Of a stretch of 64,000 nt of DNA, positions 41,096 to 54,149 are shown piece after piece. Numbering within the stretch: position 1 is the first letter of the stretch; each line of letters begins with the position of its first letter. The stretch is from Octopus sinensis (taxonomy: Eukaryota): positions 1 through 64,000 of the forward strand of contig NW_021833451.1 in the NCBI RefSeq assembly GCF_006345805.1, in the 5' to 3' direction. Under the pieces are notes generated by a model. That model did no database searches, was not told the origin of the DNA, and worked only from the letters and a program-made list of their open reading frames with translations. Made by a program: the position numbers and the translations under genes.

Positions 41096-41347
41096 GTGAA
41101 AATAATTCTACTGGTTTTGACTTGGGACGGGCTCGTTTCCAAGTTTTTTAAGAATTACATTGAAATCTTGGCTATCGAAGACGGAATTCAGTCTTATATA
41201 CAGTCAATTGTGTTGAATAAAACCTTGGAGAGTATGATTGTCGAGTACAGGCACGGGATAAGAGTCACTGAAGAGGAGATAAATTCAGCCAGTAGCCTCT
41301 TAATTGAGGCAAGTCATTCGTACGAAGATGATATGTTGAATGAGTGA
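41096..41347 (+). mobile_element. R4/Dong-like REL C-terminal fragment (also near 21145-21400)
   Basis: LTWDGLVSKF..YIQSIVLNKTLESM. Confidence 0.65.
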
Positions 41348-41588
41348 AAAAGAGTCGTAACTAACTTGGAGATAGAGGAGCATGGAGATTTGTTAGTTAC
41401 TTCCTCTTCTAAAAAAAGGAGATTAACCTCCAGCGGACAACGGTCAGATTAACATAAGTTAAATAATATTAACTTAATTAATCTATGTATGTTTTAAATT
41501 TATTAAAATAATACTAAATTTAGTTAAAATATGCAAGCGTTCCATGAATTTTTTGCCCTACTGTTTTTACAGATAAAATCAAAAATAA

Positions 41589-42461
41589 TTATATAAATTT
41601 ATAAACAAAGTCTACTCTCATAAAAACAGCAGGAAATTTATTCCCCTTATTTGAACTGACTTTCTTAGCCTCCTCACTCGAATCAAAAATACAAGAATAC
41701 GCCTCATCGTTAGCCTTACAGTAAACAAATATCCACCAACCAATTCTTCTTCCCCCATCTTTCTGAATAAATGATGACTTGATAACAGATCATTCATCCA
41801 CTGGTAGAGTTCTTCGACATCCGTGATAGTATAAAGAATTCCCTACCACTAAATAACCCATATCTAACCCCCACAGCCATAAGATAGGCCAGTTCGTCCA
41901 CTGTACTAGAATTAACCAGTCTCCATTTATGCTTTGATTTTTTAAACTGAGGGTCTGGAAAGAGGATGAAAACTCGCTCCAACTAAATTAATAGATTTTT
42001 ATACCCAAAACCTGGCCTTTTGAAAAATAGTTAACTAGATATTTCATGGCATTGGTTCTTATGCAGGCAATGTTTGACAATTCTCCTTCCTCTGCTTTCT
42101 GGACCCTCAGTGCTTCTATTTTCTGTCTGACAAAATTTGAAACTTTTTTGCGTATTTCCATTCCGATTATTAATTTATCGGGAAAAATATTTGAGAGTTT
42201 AACTATTGATTATTTATAAATATATTTATTACAGAGAAGGCCTCCAAAACCACAGCCTATGTCTACTATTTTGATTGAACTGCTCTCATTACAAGGTAGA
42301 GAGAGAGAACTGTATAGTGGTCTCCAATTCCATTCTGATGGTCTTATCGGACTATTTTAAGTTAAATGGGTAAAGTACATTTCAAAGTTGTCGTCCGACA
42401 TTGGATTGCAGTGAGCCCTCTGACGGAAAAATTTTTTTTGAGGAAGTTTAACGTGGACCAT
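41589..42461 (-). CDS. METTL1: tRNA (guanine-N7)-methyltransferase catalytic subunit (Trm8/TrmB)
   Basis: [69 protein letters not shown]. 27-nt intron 42352-42378. Confidence 0.93.
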
Positions 42462-42569
42462 CACTAAATAAAATTAAAATATTTTAACAATTAATTTAAA
42501 GAAAATAATATTTTGGTTTAAATTAACCAATTAACCAAGAATTAGAATAGAATAGACTGCCTATCGGGG

Positions 42570-43355
42570 TTTGTGGAACTTAGAAGGGGAGTCCCGCAGG
42601 GTTCTATCTTGAGTCCACTTCTGTTCAACCTCTTCTTGGCGGACATTCCTCTGCCGTCGATACGTACTGGCAAGCTCGTCATCTATGCTGACGATATCCT
42701 GGTCATGGATACCTCGAAAAGGATATCGCAGTCTTGGAGACGACTTAAATCATACATTGCAACGCTAAAGATGTGAACTATAGAGAAGGGTTTGATCCTA
42801 GCACCGGAGAAGAGCACCATTTCATGGTTGCGGAGAGGGAGTCGCTATGCGGAGTCGTGTGCATATGCCATGAGTAGTTATGTGATGGATCTCTCAAAAA
42901 GCAAAAATCTTTCTTACCTGGGAGCAACCATCAACTGTCGTAGCTTGTACGCAGATCATATAGCAAATCAGAGAAAGAGGAGTGTGAGGATCCTCAAAAG
43001 CTTAACCAGGTTCCATCTAGATCCGGAAACGTACATCTACGTATACAAAACGTGTGTCCAGCCAGTCCTCACATATGGCTACGAGGGCTGGTACGGTACG
43101 GAAAGAGTGACTACCTGATCGAACAGTTGGAAAAGACAAGACGTTTCGCTATAAAATTGGCTTACGGAGTACAACTTGACGGAAGGTTAAAAGACTCACA
43201 AGAATCCTCTGTGTCCACGATCCGGATGGTCTTGGAGAATTGTTGTCAACTATGACTACAATTGGGGATACGCATGGAAAGAGACACTTCGGTGCCTTGT
43301 TTTTATCTCCCCGTTAATGATTTCTTCCTTGTTTTTCTTTTCGGTCAATAAATAT
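42570..43355 (+). mobile_element. Jockey-like LINE RT 3' fragment (copy B)
   Basis: Same motifs as 22620-23405. Confidence 0.85.
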
Positions 43356-43379
43356 TTCTAAATTAATTTTCTAATTTTC

Positions 43380-45050
43380 CAATGATCGGCTATATTTTCA
43401 AAGTAATTAAATATTCTAACAAATATTGTTCAAAAAACATGGATTGATTGAAAAAGACCTCACTGAGATAGACTTGTTCTACTCTTGCCTGTCTGAATCT
43501 TATTCTGAACTTGTTTACTCGTCAATAACTATCATTGCCTGCGACATTAACGCCAAATTGGGATTACGAAGAAGCCTGGGTAAAACCTTCATGGGAAAAC
43601 ACGGGAGGGGAATAAGGAACGTGGCAGGAATATTACTCGCCGATTTTTGTCAGGTAAATTTTGCCGATTTTTGTCGGTCTATTCTTTTGCAACACTGCAT
43701 TCATGCACCCCGCAAGACACAAAACTACTTGGATAAATGACAAAAATTGAAGACGAATTGCAGATTCCGCAGAATTAGCAGAACTAATCGCCGGCCACTT
43801 CGAGAAACTGTTTAGATTTAACAGCAAAGGAATTGATGGATATACCGAGCATCCCAGGAAATTGGAGTTGGAAATAACTCCTGCAGAAGTGCAAAGAGCA
43901 TGTGCTAAACTCAAAAACAATAAAAGCCCAGGACCAGACGGACTAGGACCAGAGCTACTCAAGTATGGAAGTGAAAAACTAAATGTCCTCATTGCGGACC
44001 TCTTCGACGGAATGTTTAAAACAAACAACCATTTACCTCTTGGACAAGGGATACTGGTCTCTGTCCAAAAACCAAACAAAGCTAAGGGAAAAGTGGAGAA
44101 TCTGAGGCCAGTAATTCTTATGAATAGCATACGGAAAGTTCTTGCAATCATTACGCTAGAAAGAATAAAACCTCGCACCGAACTATTTATATCCGCTTTC
44201 ACAGCGGATTTCGGGAAGAAAGATCGACTTCTGACATCGTGTGGACTTATAGATGGCATTGTTCCACCATTCAAAGGTTTAAAAATGCGACATACATTCT
44301 CGGCATATATATCTCAAGAGCTTTTGACTCGATTAATCGTCAGAAATTAATGAAAGTTCTTTGCAGGATTTCTTGATGAATCTTCTATTCTGATGATCAG
44401 GGCACTCTTATCAGAAACCTATCTATCGGTCAGGGTACGAGACAAGTGCTCTAAACCATTTGAAACAACATCTGGAACACCTCAAGGGGATCCGTTATCT
44501 CCTATACTGTTTGTTATATATCTGGAAGCTGCATTGAGAGAACTAAAACCATACTATGAAAGAAAGATCAATTTGGTGGAATACGCAGATGACGTGGATT
44601 TTATTTCTTCCGACAGGGACCCTCTGGAAAGCCTACTGGAGGTGATGCTAGATAGACTTGCTGAGTGGTTCCTCAATGTAAATGTGGAAAAAACAAAATT
44701 TACTGAACTAGCAAGACAGAAGTCTAAGCTGGACAAACATTGGAGAAAAGTAAAGAAACTCGGATCTCTATTGGGTGACGAACAATACGTGATTATGCGA
44801 AAAACACATGCAAACAGTGCACTACGCAGCTTAAAGGAAAATTGGCTAAAACGCAAAGGACTCGGCACAAAAACACGGATACGACTATACAATTCATTAG
44901 TGAAGCCTATACTCTTATAACGCCGGAACTTGGGGACTTTCCGCTACAGACAATGAAAACCTAGACTCTTTCCATAGAGATCACCTCCGACGTACTCTAG
45001 CCTTTAAGTGGCATTCAAGGCTGAGTAGCAGAACACTATATGCCAGAACA
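43380..45050 (+). mobile_element. RTE-like LINE (copy B, less frameshifted)
   Basis: KSPGPDG, ENLRPVILMNS, GTPQGDPLSP, EYADD, KLGSLL, IRLYNSLVKPILLY. Confidence 0.9.
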
Positions 45051-45074
45051 TCAAGCAAACCAATCTTGGTCGAA

Positions 45075-48074
45075 ATTATCGAATTTCTTCTAAAGTTAAG
45101 CTCCCAAGAACTTCTTTGCTTATCAAACTCACCCTTCTCCTTTTTGGAGACATTGAACTAAATCCTGGCCCCAGCAAGAAGAACCTATTACGTATCTTGC
45201 AGATCAATATCAATGGAATTGCTCAGAAGACTGCTGAACTTTATTCCTTCCTGGAGAAGCATGACGTGGACATTGCTTTGGTGCAAGAAACGAAGCTCTC
45301 GACCAAAATCGCTTGCCAGATTTTCCTGGTTATTCATACATCCGTCGGGACAGACCGGGCTCTGTATTGGCAACGATCAAGTGATTGAAATGACAGCTAT
45401 GACTGTCTCTACAGGATCATCAACCAGAAGACTCACCAATTTATACATACCTCCTCACTTGTCATGTCCTCATGGATGGACCCCTTCTATTCAAAACCTC
45501 CAGTCCCTCAACAAAGTCATTATTTATGTTGATATGAACGCAAAGAGCCCGATATGGTTAAAAATCAATCTCTAAACTCAAGAGGATCTCTACTATTCGA
45601 CCAATTTGATAGTTTAGCCATCCTCAGCAATCCTCCATCTCACATCAGAACACTGTCAAGAAAAAGCGACGCAATTTCCTTTTCTGACATCTCGTTGTGC
45701 ACTCCAATTTTGGCCCCTTTACTTCTTGGAAGGTCATTTACGACCTAAATTCTGACCACAACTTGATTATTATTGAGAATGCCCTAAAATCCAACATCGA
45801 CATTCAACGGCGTTGTTATACGAATAACAAAAGAGCTTCCTGGGACGACTACCGTCTCGTTCTAGAAAAATCATTGAATGATTCCGACATTATCAACTTT
45901 CATTCGACTGCCGCAGCAGTCAATTATCTCAATGCACTTATCATCTCCACCTTCAAAAAATTCATTCCTCAAGGAATTATACAAAATTTCTCCCAAAGTT
46001 ACAGCCACTAAGTAAACGCCATTATAAAGACCCGTAACAAACTGAAACGGGAAAATGGACAATCTGGTGTGTCCTTTATAGAACTGAGAAATCTAAACAA
46101 ACAAATCACTGTTGCCATAAATCGGCATATTAACTCGAAGTGGAATCAATTTATTGCTTCTATTGATTACAGATCCAATTCTCCAAATTTGGTCAACCCT
46201 TAAAGGGATGAATCAACTGATGTTTGAAAAGCCAAAATCGCATGAATCTGTTGTTTATCGTCCCCGTTCAATGCGCCACTCAATCCGGTTCAGCAGGCTA
46301 ACACACTAATGAAATATTACACTTCATTAAGTCACAAAACATCTAACAAAAACGACCGGAAAGTAACCAAATCTCTTAGAAGACTTCCCGTCAAAGATTC
46401 TATACCGACTTTCACTGCGGAGGATGTCTCGCAATGCATTAAAAACTCCAAAATTCCCCTGCAAATCGCCCTGACAACATTTCAATCTATCATCTCAAAA
46501 GACTAGGCCCTAATGCTATCAAAGCAATAGTCTCTATTTTAATCCCTTCCCAAACATTTTCCAACGTCCCATAGTCAACATGGTTTTAAGCCACTGCACT
46601 CAACAACTACTCACTTAACAACACTTTCGCAATCTGTCCTGGACGGCTTCAATGAGAAGAGACCCCCAAAACGAACAGTACTAGTTTCAATCGATGTCTC
46701 AAAGGCGTTTGACAGCGTCCCTCGGTGTGGACTCATCCACAAAATTTTAAAAACAGACCTAAACTCAAACCTCAAATCCTGGCTTGCAAACTTCTTATCG
46801 GGTCGAATGGGATACGTCTCCCTTATGGACCACTGTTCAAAACAACGCTATCTTTCAAATGGGGTACCGAAGGGTTCTGTGTTGTCCCCTCCCTGTTCAA
46901 CTTATATTTACATGACTTTCCGGCTAATGCCCCAAACAACTTGACATTATCTTACGCAGATGACATTATCATTGCTTCTAAACACGCAGATTACATATCA
47001 GCCTCTCTCAACATCCAGCAACAATTATACTCTGTTGAGAATTGGTTCATTGAAAACAGACTCGAGGCTTCACCCTCGAAATTGTCGGTCACCTTATTTT
47101 CTTCCGACAGAAGATAATCAAACCTTCACCCGAAGTTATCTCTCTTTGGTTTTGACCTCCCACTATGCAAAAACCCTACTATCCTCGGACTTACTTTTGA
47201 TCCAACTATGTCCTTCAACAAGCATGTCTCTAACATTTCTGACAAGGCAAACAGACGCACAAACATACTAAAAGCAATAATTGGTCACATTACAGGCGCC
47301 CAGAAGTCACTTCTCAAACGAGTTTACAAACAATACATTACAGGCCCCCAGAAGCCCGTATTAGGTTATGCGAGTCCAAGCTGGGCGCCCTGTCTATTCA
47401 TAAACTCGACAATGGCACTTCAATCAGTACAAAACAAGGCCATGCGCACAATATCTGGGTGTCTGAAATTAACCCAAATTGATAACCTTCACTGTGAAAC
47501 GAACCTTTCGCCAATTGAAGATCATCTAAACATGAGAGGAGCGCAATTTTTATTTGCATCTCGAATTCCCTATCATCCATTTTCTGCTCTAAATGTGCTA
47601 AACGGAAGAACACGGCGGCGAATCTATATTCCCGGATCCTTGCAAAAATCGACGGCTTGCACCAATTTCCATACCCGATGAGGAAAATTCACAATTTGAT
47701 ATCCACATCAGCTATTCTTAACTGACGCCCAACTCTGTACTCAATAAACCTCCTCCTGACGTTCACTATTCTGAATTGCTTCTCGACCGTTCAGCTCAGA
47801 CAAACTTGACTCGTTTCCGTTCTGGTCATCACTCCTCATTAAACCACTATGAACACAAAATGGACATCTCGATCTTCCCCTTTTGTCCCATTTACCATGC
47901 TGACGAGCACACAACTGCGTATCTATTCCGCTTCCTGGTCTTCCTTCGCTCCGTAAAAAATTTGCCATTCACTCCCCGGAGGTCCTATGGAAGCAACCTG
48001 GGAGGGCAGTGTTGTTTCTGCAAGCTGCTGGTCTCATAACTTAATGTGAAATCGGGTTTATGCAACAACAACAA
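45075..48074 (+). mobile_element. Jockey/I-group LINE with N-terminal 2A-like motif, APE, RT, C-terminal Cys/His motif and (CAA)n tail
   Basis: GDIELNPGP, LQINING, LVQETKL, DMNAKS, SDH, IDVSKAFDSV, SYADD, CP....HTT.YLF; ends CAACAACAACAA. Confidence 0.88.
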
Positions 48075-48179
48075 GTAAGTTGAAGATTCGCCAATATTTA
48101 TGTCGAGGAGTGTATTGTAGTCGAGATCCAGTCGAAAGACTTTCATGAAACCTTTCAGAGTTTGGCCTATCTAGTGACC

Positions 48180-48625
48180 CAGAGAACAACTTAATTTCAT
48201 TTATGAAGATGAGATGTTGGTGCTAAAACACCGTCTATCGTGTGCAGCCGACATTTGTTAAGTTGGGATACTTCGGCAAGAGATATATTTATAAAAGCGG
48301 TTTCAACCCACCATGGTAAATTTTTCAGATCTGAGTCATATGTCAAATCAATCATTTCCAATTGTAAGTTAGCTGCTAGATGCGAAATATTTGTAGTAAA
48401 TATGATCACTGCATATTCCCGTAAAAGTTCACAGAAAATTTCAAAACATGTCTAGAATTGTCGAAGCAATCCTCTTATTTTCTTCCAATAACGATACATA
48501 TCAAAATTTGATGTTGTGGAAATTACAACTTTCAAAAAAGAAAAATGTCCAGTGTTTCTCACTGTCAATTGTGTCTCCTTCAACATTAGTTTCATAATAA
48601 TGAAAGCATGTATTTTGACCCTCAC
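48180..48625 (-). mobile_element. hAT (SPIN-like) C-terminal fragment
   Basis: LQLEMIDL..D.DLK plus upstream HF..LK and RF.MF remnants. Confidence 0.55.
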
Positions 48626-48876
48626 ATATGGCGACGAGGACTGGTTCGGTACTTTAAATAATTATAATTAGGGTTAGCATGGAAAAAGACGCTTCGGTGC
48701 CTTGTTTTTATCTCTCCGTTAATGATCTTTCCTTTATTTTATTGGTTATGGTTTTTCCTGAACAATAAAAAACTATTCTATTCTATCTTCAAAAAGGAGA
48801 TAGTTTGAATTTGAATCATTTTTGTCGAGAAGTGAAGAACAAGGTCTCTACACGGTTAGATTTTAACGGTAATATA

Positions 48877-49625
48877 TTATTCTCCACATAAACCAATAAA
48901 TATATTAGCAGTGATATCAGCAGAGGAGAGCCTGAAATAAACATCATGAATGAGACACTCATCTCGGCACTGTTCAATAATATGTCTGTAATCCCAAGTG
49001 GTATTTGTCTCCAACGGCTCCTTGGTTATAAACCCAAAGGCGTAGATATCCAGTCGATAGTTTATACTCCCTTCCACAACTCGGGCGCCATGTATGCAGA
49101 GGATCCTACTTTTGAATGACAAAGACTCCTGAGGTAGCTTGAAGCAATGGGCAAATTCAAAGTAACAGAGGACGACATTCTTGCAGTCATCTGAGACCAG
49201 AAAGTTGTCAGGTTTTATGTCTTTGAACAATCGAACGCGAATGAATATAAGCCACATAAGTTGCGGCACATGCCATCAACCAAACCAAGTTTCCAGGATT
49301 TGAATTTTTTTCTACGAATAAAATCAAGTTTGCTACATTATGTATGTGCCAGGACAGTGATGCTTGGAGATTATGTGAAACCAACACAGCCTACGCAGTG
49401 TTGCCGATGGTCCTTTGAAATGGCAAGGTACCCAAATATTGTTAAATCATTGTGAAATAAGTCGCTGTTCGCGTATCTTATAATAGCTACGTCATGATTG
49501 CCAAATTTCTCATGCAAAATTCCACTTTCATTTAATAGGTACTGTGGCGTAAATATATATGATAACACTTTCATCAAATCAAACACAGCAAAACAAACTA
49601 CGGACTCTTTCACTACGCTTTTCAC
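48877..49625 (-). pseudogene. Degenerate protein kinase
   Basis: RYANSDLF, DIKPDNFLV, degenerate DFG (CYFEFA), DIYAFG; frame breaks. Confidence 0.6.
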
Positions 49626-49647
49626 ATTTGAATTGGGAAGCAGCGTG

Positions 49648-49965
49648 TTTGGGACGTCACCTGTGCCGACTCTTTTGCCAAGGGAGCCTTGAATTCCACT
49701 GCTTGTTGACCGGTTCGTCGGCCGAGGAGGTCTAATCCACGAAACTCACGAAATACAAGGATTTGTGCGATCGCCTTTGCTTTTTGGCAATTCACGTTTA
49801 GACTTCACTGTGTTTTCGGGGCCAAGACGCTTACTCATCAAAAGAAACTTGGCCGTCTGTGCACCCATCGCTCCAGAGATCCCAGGGAATTTATATTCCT
49901 TATTCAGAGAATCAAGTTGGCTGTTTTACGCGTGAAATGTCTCTCAATCCTGCGAGCCGGTACTT
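49648..49965 (+). mobile_element. CRE-like REL 3' fragment, old
   Basis: WDVTCADSF, TKYKDL, FLIQRIKLAVLR. Confidence 0.7.
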
Positions 49966-50085
49966 AATAACTAGCTTATTCCGTTTTCCATTTAGTTATA
50001 AATGTTTAAAAAAATGTGTTTAACACAAAATTAATGTAATATATATAAATTATTTTTATTATAAAAATTAATTCGTAAAATAGCA

Positions 50086-52904
50086 TTAATAATTTAAATC
50101 GTTGCTTAGCTCGCTCATTTGAATAAACATTTGTTCGAACAGTTCATTTAAATAATGTCCACTGACACTGAGTTTGAGGTCTTTAATCATCTACCACTGA
50201 CTTTTATTATTACTTGGTCTATTTTCAACTTTGTATCTTCTAAAACTGCCTTGTCTGTTTGATCTGCAGAATGCAGTATGGTTGCAATTTTTTCCCAAAC
50301 TTCCTCTGTATTCTCAGACTATGGCAAAAAGAATACCTTAATTGGGGAGAGCGACTCCACTTGTCCTGATAAACAGCATACAGTCGTTAGATATAATTCA
50401 ATGTTGCTAATAATAAAAGATGTTTTCTACAATTAACACAACTAGTTACTTCTCGGCCAAATTTTAAAATATTAGAAAGATTTGATAAATTTAATGCAAG
50501 CTTGGAGCCAACAGACCGTGTATATTTGAAGATAAAACTCTCTGGGTTATAATAATACTTGAATACTAATCAAAATAATACATTAATTGCTGCATTCAGT
50601 TTGTAATAGTCGTCGGATAGATTATGGACATAGTGTTCCAATTGGCTTTGTATTAACGTGTAATAGAGCGTTTTCCCCAAAGCCTTTTAATTATAATCAC
50701 AAGAATACTTTTCCCGCCGAAATCAGTCTTTTTGTGTTCACGGAGCACGTGTTTAATATATTTTTCACGTTTACAGTCAAATTGTTTGATAGAGTTGACA
50801 AAAATTCGAATGCTTGGTCTGAAATTTCTTGTATGTGAGCATTCACATTATTCTAGAGCATGTTTTATTCAACTGACCTGAATTTCCCCCATTGATTGCA
50901 CTCTGTCAGGTAGTGCAAGCATGACTATCACGGTGTCAAGAGTATCTCCAATATCCGCCACGGATTCTGCCAGTCGACTGTCCCTCTTGTGGATACAGTC
51001 AGTGTAAACGAAGAATTCTGTCACACGTCTCTTCAAATCTTGCCAGAGCTGCTCAATTTGCTCATTATTTCCTTTCATTGAGTCAAGGAGCTGATAGAGC
51101 CGGTTCAAGAATATAACTCTAAACATGAGAGAGAGAACTGTACATTCCATCAACCAGAACACATCCCCCTCCCGTAGATTCCTCGACCACTAGTCCTTCC
51201 AATCGAATGAAAGAAGAGAGCAAAAAGAACACGAGTGCAACTCCACACTTCCTAATTTTTGACTGGTTCATGTTTGTTGAGAAATGAAATTTTTTTTCAA
51301 ACAGGTTCCCGCTCTTTTTATAAATCGATTGTTAATTGATTCATTTTTTTCAAAAATTGTCCGCATCTTGGCGACATGGCGATGTTCCTCCCCAAAAAAC
51401 GAATTGCAAGATTCTCTGAACGTCGAGTCTGATTCGACGGAAGTCTTAGAAACCCTCACGTTATCGTAAAAATCTTTGATCGATCCATTCTGAGTTGGCA
51501 CAGTATTCCCCAAAGATTGCTGAAGAGAGGAGACAGAATTGAAGATTTTGTAATGTAAATGAGAGTAGTGTCGCAAGAGGAATGAATTCAATTGTCAATT
51601 TCAGTAGTTAAAATGTTGTATTTGGAAGTAAAGTTACGCCCAAAATCGAAAATGAATCGTCCTTTGCCGTATCCCCATTTTTCAACGTTCCCTACCGGCC
51701 AGGCGTGCTTTAAACTTCTTGATTTGACTTTATAAATCAAAATATATTTGGGGGAAATTGAGAGAATGCGAGGAATCAACTTTCCATGTTTCAAATTAAT
51801 TTCCTTAAGTTCACCAATTTGGCCAAACTTGAATGTAAAAAAATGTAGCTCCGAAAAAGGGTTTCCCACAGCATTCTTTTACATAGTCCGACTTGATGAC
51901 ATCTCCAACTGATCCTCGGAACAGTTTGTATTGCTGTAAATAAAAATGCACCAAATTCAACCTCAGCCACTTTACGTTCAATCTTTCTATTTCTTTGATA
52001 TATTTCGGGCAAGTAGTTCTGGAAGCTGCATATGTTAGAAATGAGTCACCACTTTATCGACTTGGCAGAGAAATCACCTACTTCAATTTGGCATTGCATG
52101 GCTGCTAATTTTATGGCCGGTCCAGTATCGATTTGGCAAGTTCCTGAGAGAATTAGTCCAGAAAGCTTAAATAAAAGCAAATAACTACATGTTGGTAGAG
52201 AATATCTAATTCAATGTAATTTCTTGGAATATTCTCGCTTATGTAAAGTCTTCTTTCCAATGTGATGATTTCGTTGGGAGAAATTCCTTGCTCGGGTAAA
52301 CTCAGCCCATTTAGTAGCCAAACCACTGAAATATACGTAAATATTATGCCATTATTGTCAATATGTAATTGGGATATAATTCGGTTAATTTTTTTATTGT
52401 GGTATGTCGGACTAGTTATCGCGGTTTCTCTCCTAAGATAATACTCTTTCCAAACGTGAATTCCTATGAATTAATGACCATCATCAACCGTATAGTTTGC
52501 AAAATATAGGAATTAAATCTCCTACCAGGCGAGAACAATTATATTTGACTGTCCTCAGGATCCCGGTCGATAACTTTATTTTTGCATATTGATGGTTGCA
52601 TTTATATTCAAGGTATTCCTATTCTTTTAATTATTTTATAAACTGTTGGTTTAGTTTGAATATAGTATCCAATCGGTTTATCATTCACCAACCAAATTTC
52701 CTTGTTGAGATCACTGGTCTTCATCATAAGGCTATAGTCTTCTAATTGTTAAAATTGAGACATGCCTTCGTCGAGGACTCTCAATTTTCGCACACTTGCT
52801 CGAAGAATTGCTATTACTTGACGGACTGGCATTTTTAAGTCGACATTGATTCTCTCAACCGAGGCAATTTCGTGAGCAATTACCTTAATCGAAATAACAG
52901 GCAT
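50086..52904 (-). CDS. TLN: Talin-like protein: F0-F3 FERM head plus short helical tail
   Basis: F0 MPVISIKV..DYSL..IWL..K.IGYY; F1 KIKLSTG.LRT; F2 MQCQIE.G, YLPEIY, YVKNA; F3 KLIPRILSIS..W..NVEKW..FIFDFG..Y...TTE. Introns 18-28 nt. At least two homopolymer frameshifts. Stop at 50086-50088. Confidence 0.85.
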
Positions 52905-53559
52905 TTAGTCTCTACAATAATTGAATAATATTTTTACATTTTGATAATTCAAGCCTTATCATTAATGGTGATGAGATGTCAAACTACAAAACATTTATTT
53001 GATTTCGATAAATCGAACAGTTAATATTAAATTTAAATTATTTTGTATATATTTTAAAACTAATTATAATCAGAATCATAATAATAAAGACAAACAACAA
53101 AGACTAATTAATAATTGATTTAAGATATTTTGACAAACCGATGAGAAGCTGACTAGCATTCAATATCATCTAATTAATATTATTCACTACGTTCTCTGAT
53201 TACTAAGTAATTCAAAAAACTGAGAGCTTTTGAAAAGATGATAAAAATTATATGTACCATTCGTTTTTTAAAAACGATTTCGGATTCGATGATAGGATCA
53301 TTCTTGCACAGACAGCATTAATTCACTTTATAATCAACCCCATACATCCTAAACAATTTTTTTAAGTTTTTTCTTTGAATGAGAGGAGTTGCCGAAGGTA
53401 CTTTGAAACTTCTATCTTGGTAGAATGTTACTTATATGTGTTTCATATGGATTAAACCTCTGAAAACTTAGTCATCAGAGTAAATTACTTTAATGAACCT
53501 TCATATGAGCTTCTCAGCTTTTGCAAAGCGGCCTCAAGGTAGATATAAAAACTTAGGGC

Positions 53560-53960
53560 AGCATCCGATTCTGCAGTAGATAGAGATCACAAACAGCAGT
53601 GGCGAGAGAGTCACCTGATGGGTTCCCACATTTGTCGAGAAAGATCTTTGTCTAAAGGCAAACAGTAAGTTCCGTTTTTGTCAGTAACACTTTTATGATT
53701 TCTATATCTTCGTTAAAGAAGCTCCGCAAGACCTTCATGAGCAAGTCTCGACGGACGGAGTTGAAGGGTCTTGACACATCGATGCTCACATAGTGACTAC
53801 AAATTGGTCATCACTCGAATTACTCCTACATAAGAAATATTCCCCCGTTGTAACAAGTCAGTTTAAACAAAGATAAATCTCGCCACAGAAAACTCATTTG
53901 GAATGAACCCAATAGGCTTATATCTCGAAAGTGTTAGTGCAAGTCTTGCTAACATTCTAC
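53560..53960 (-). mobile_element. RTE-like RT fragment
   Basis: HYVSIDVSRPFNSV and GT.QGDSLSPLLFVI. Confidence 0.65.
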
Positions 53961-54149
53961 GAAAAGAGTACCCAGATGAACTACAAAAATAAGTGCAGCA
54001 AACAAATATATAGGACTATTTCTCCTAAAAATTAAGCCCTAAAACTGCATAATTTGATCTCATTATTAATAAAGGAAAAAAATTCACGTCTTGTTTTTAA
54101 AAAATGCAGCACAATAAAAAAGAGGCAAAAGAATGAATGAATATGGTTT

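Larger units (their letters stand above)
40630..45274 (+). repeat. Segment B, intact counterpart of duplicate A (20687-25319)
   Basis: The hAT and the 2A-LINE continue past both boundaries here but are truncated in A. Confidence 0.95.

Noticed and set aside
51588-51869. Initial reading as a DOK/IRS PTB domain
   Set aside because: KLxPRxL, FxxDFG, TTE and the upstream F0-F2 motifs fit talin much better.
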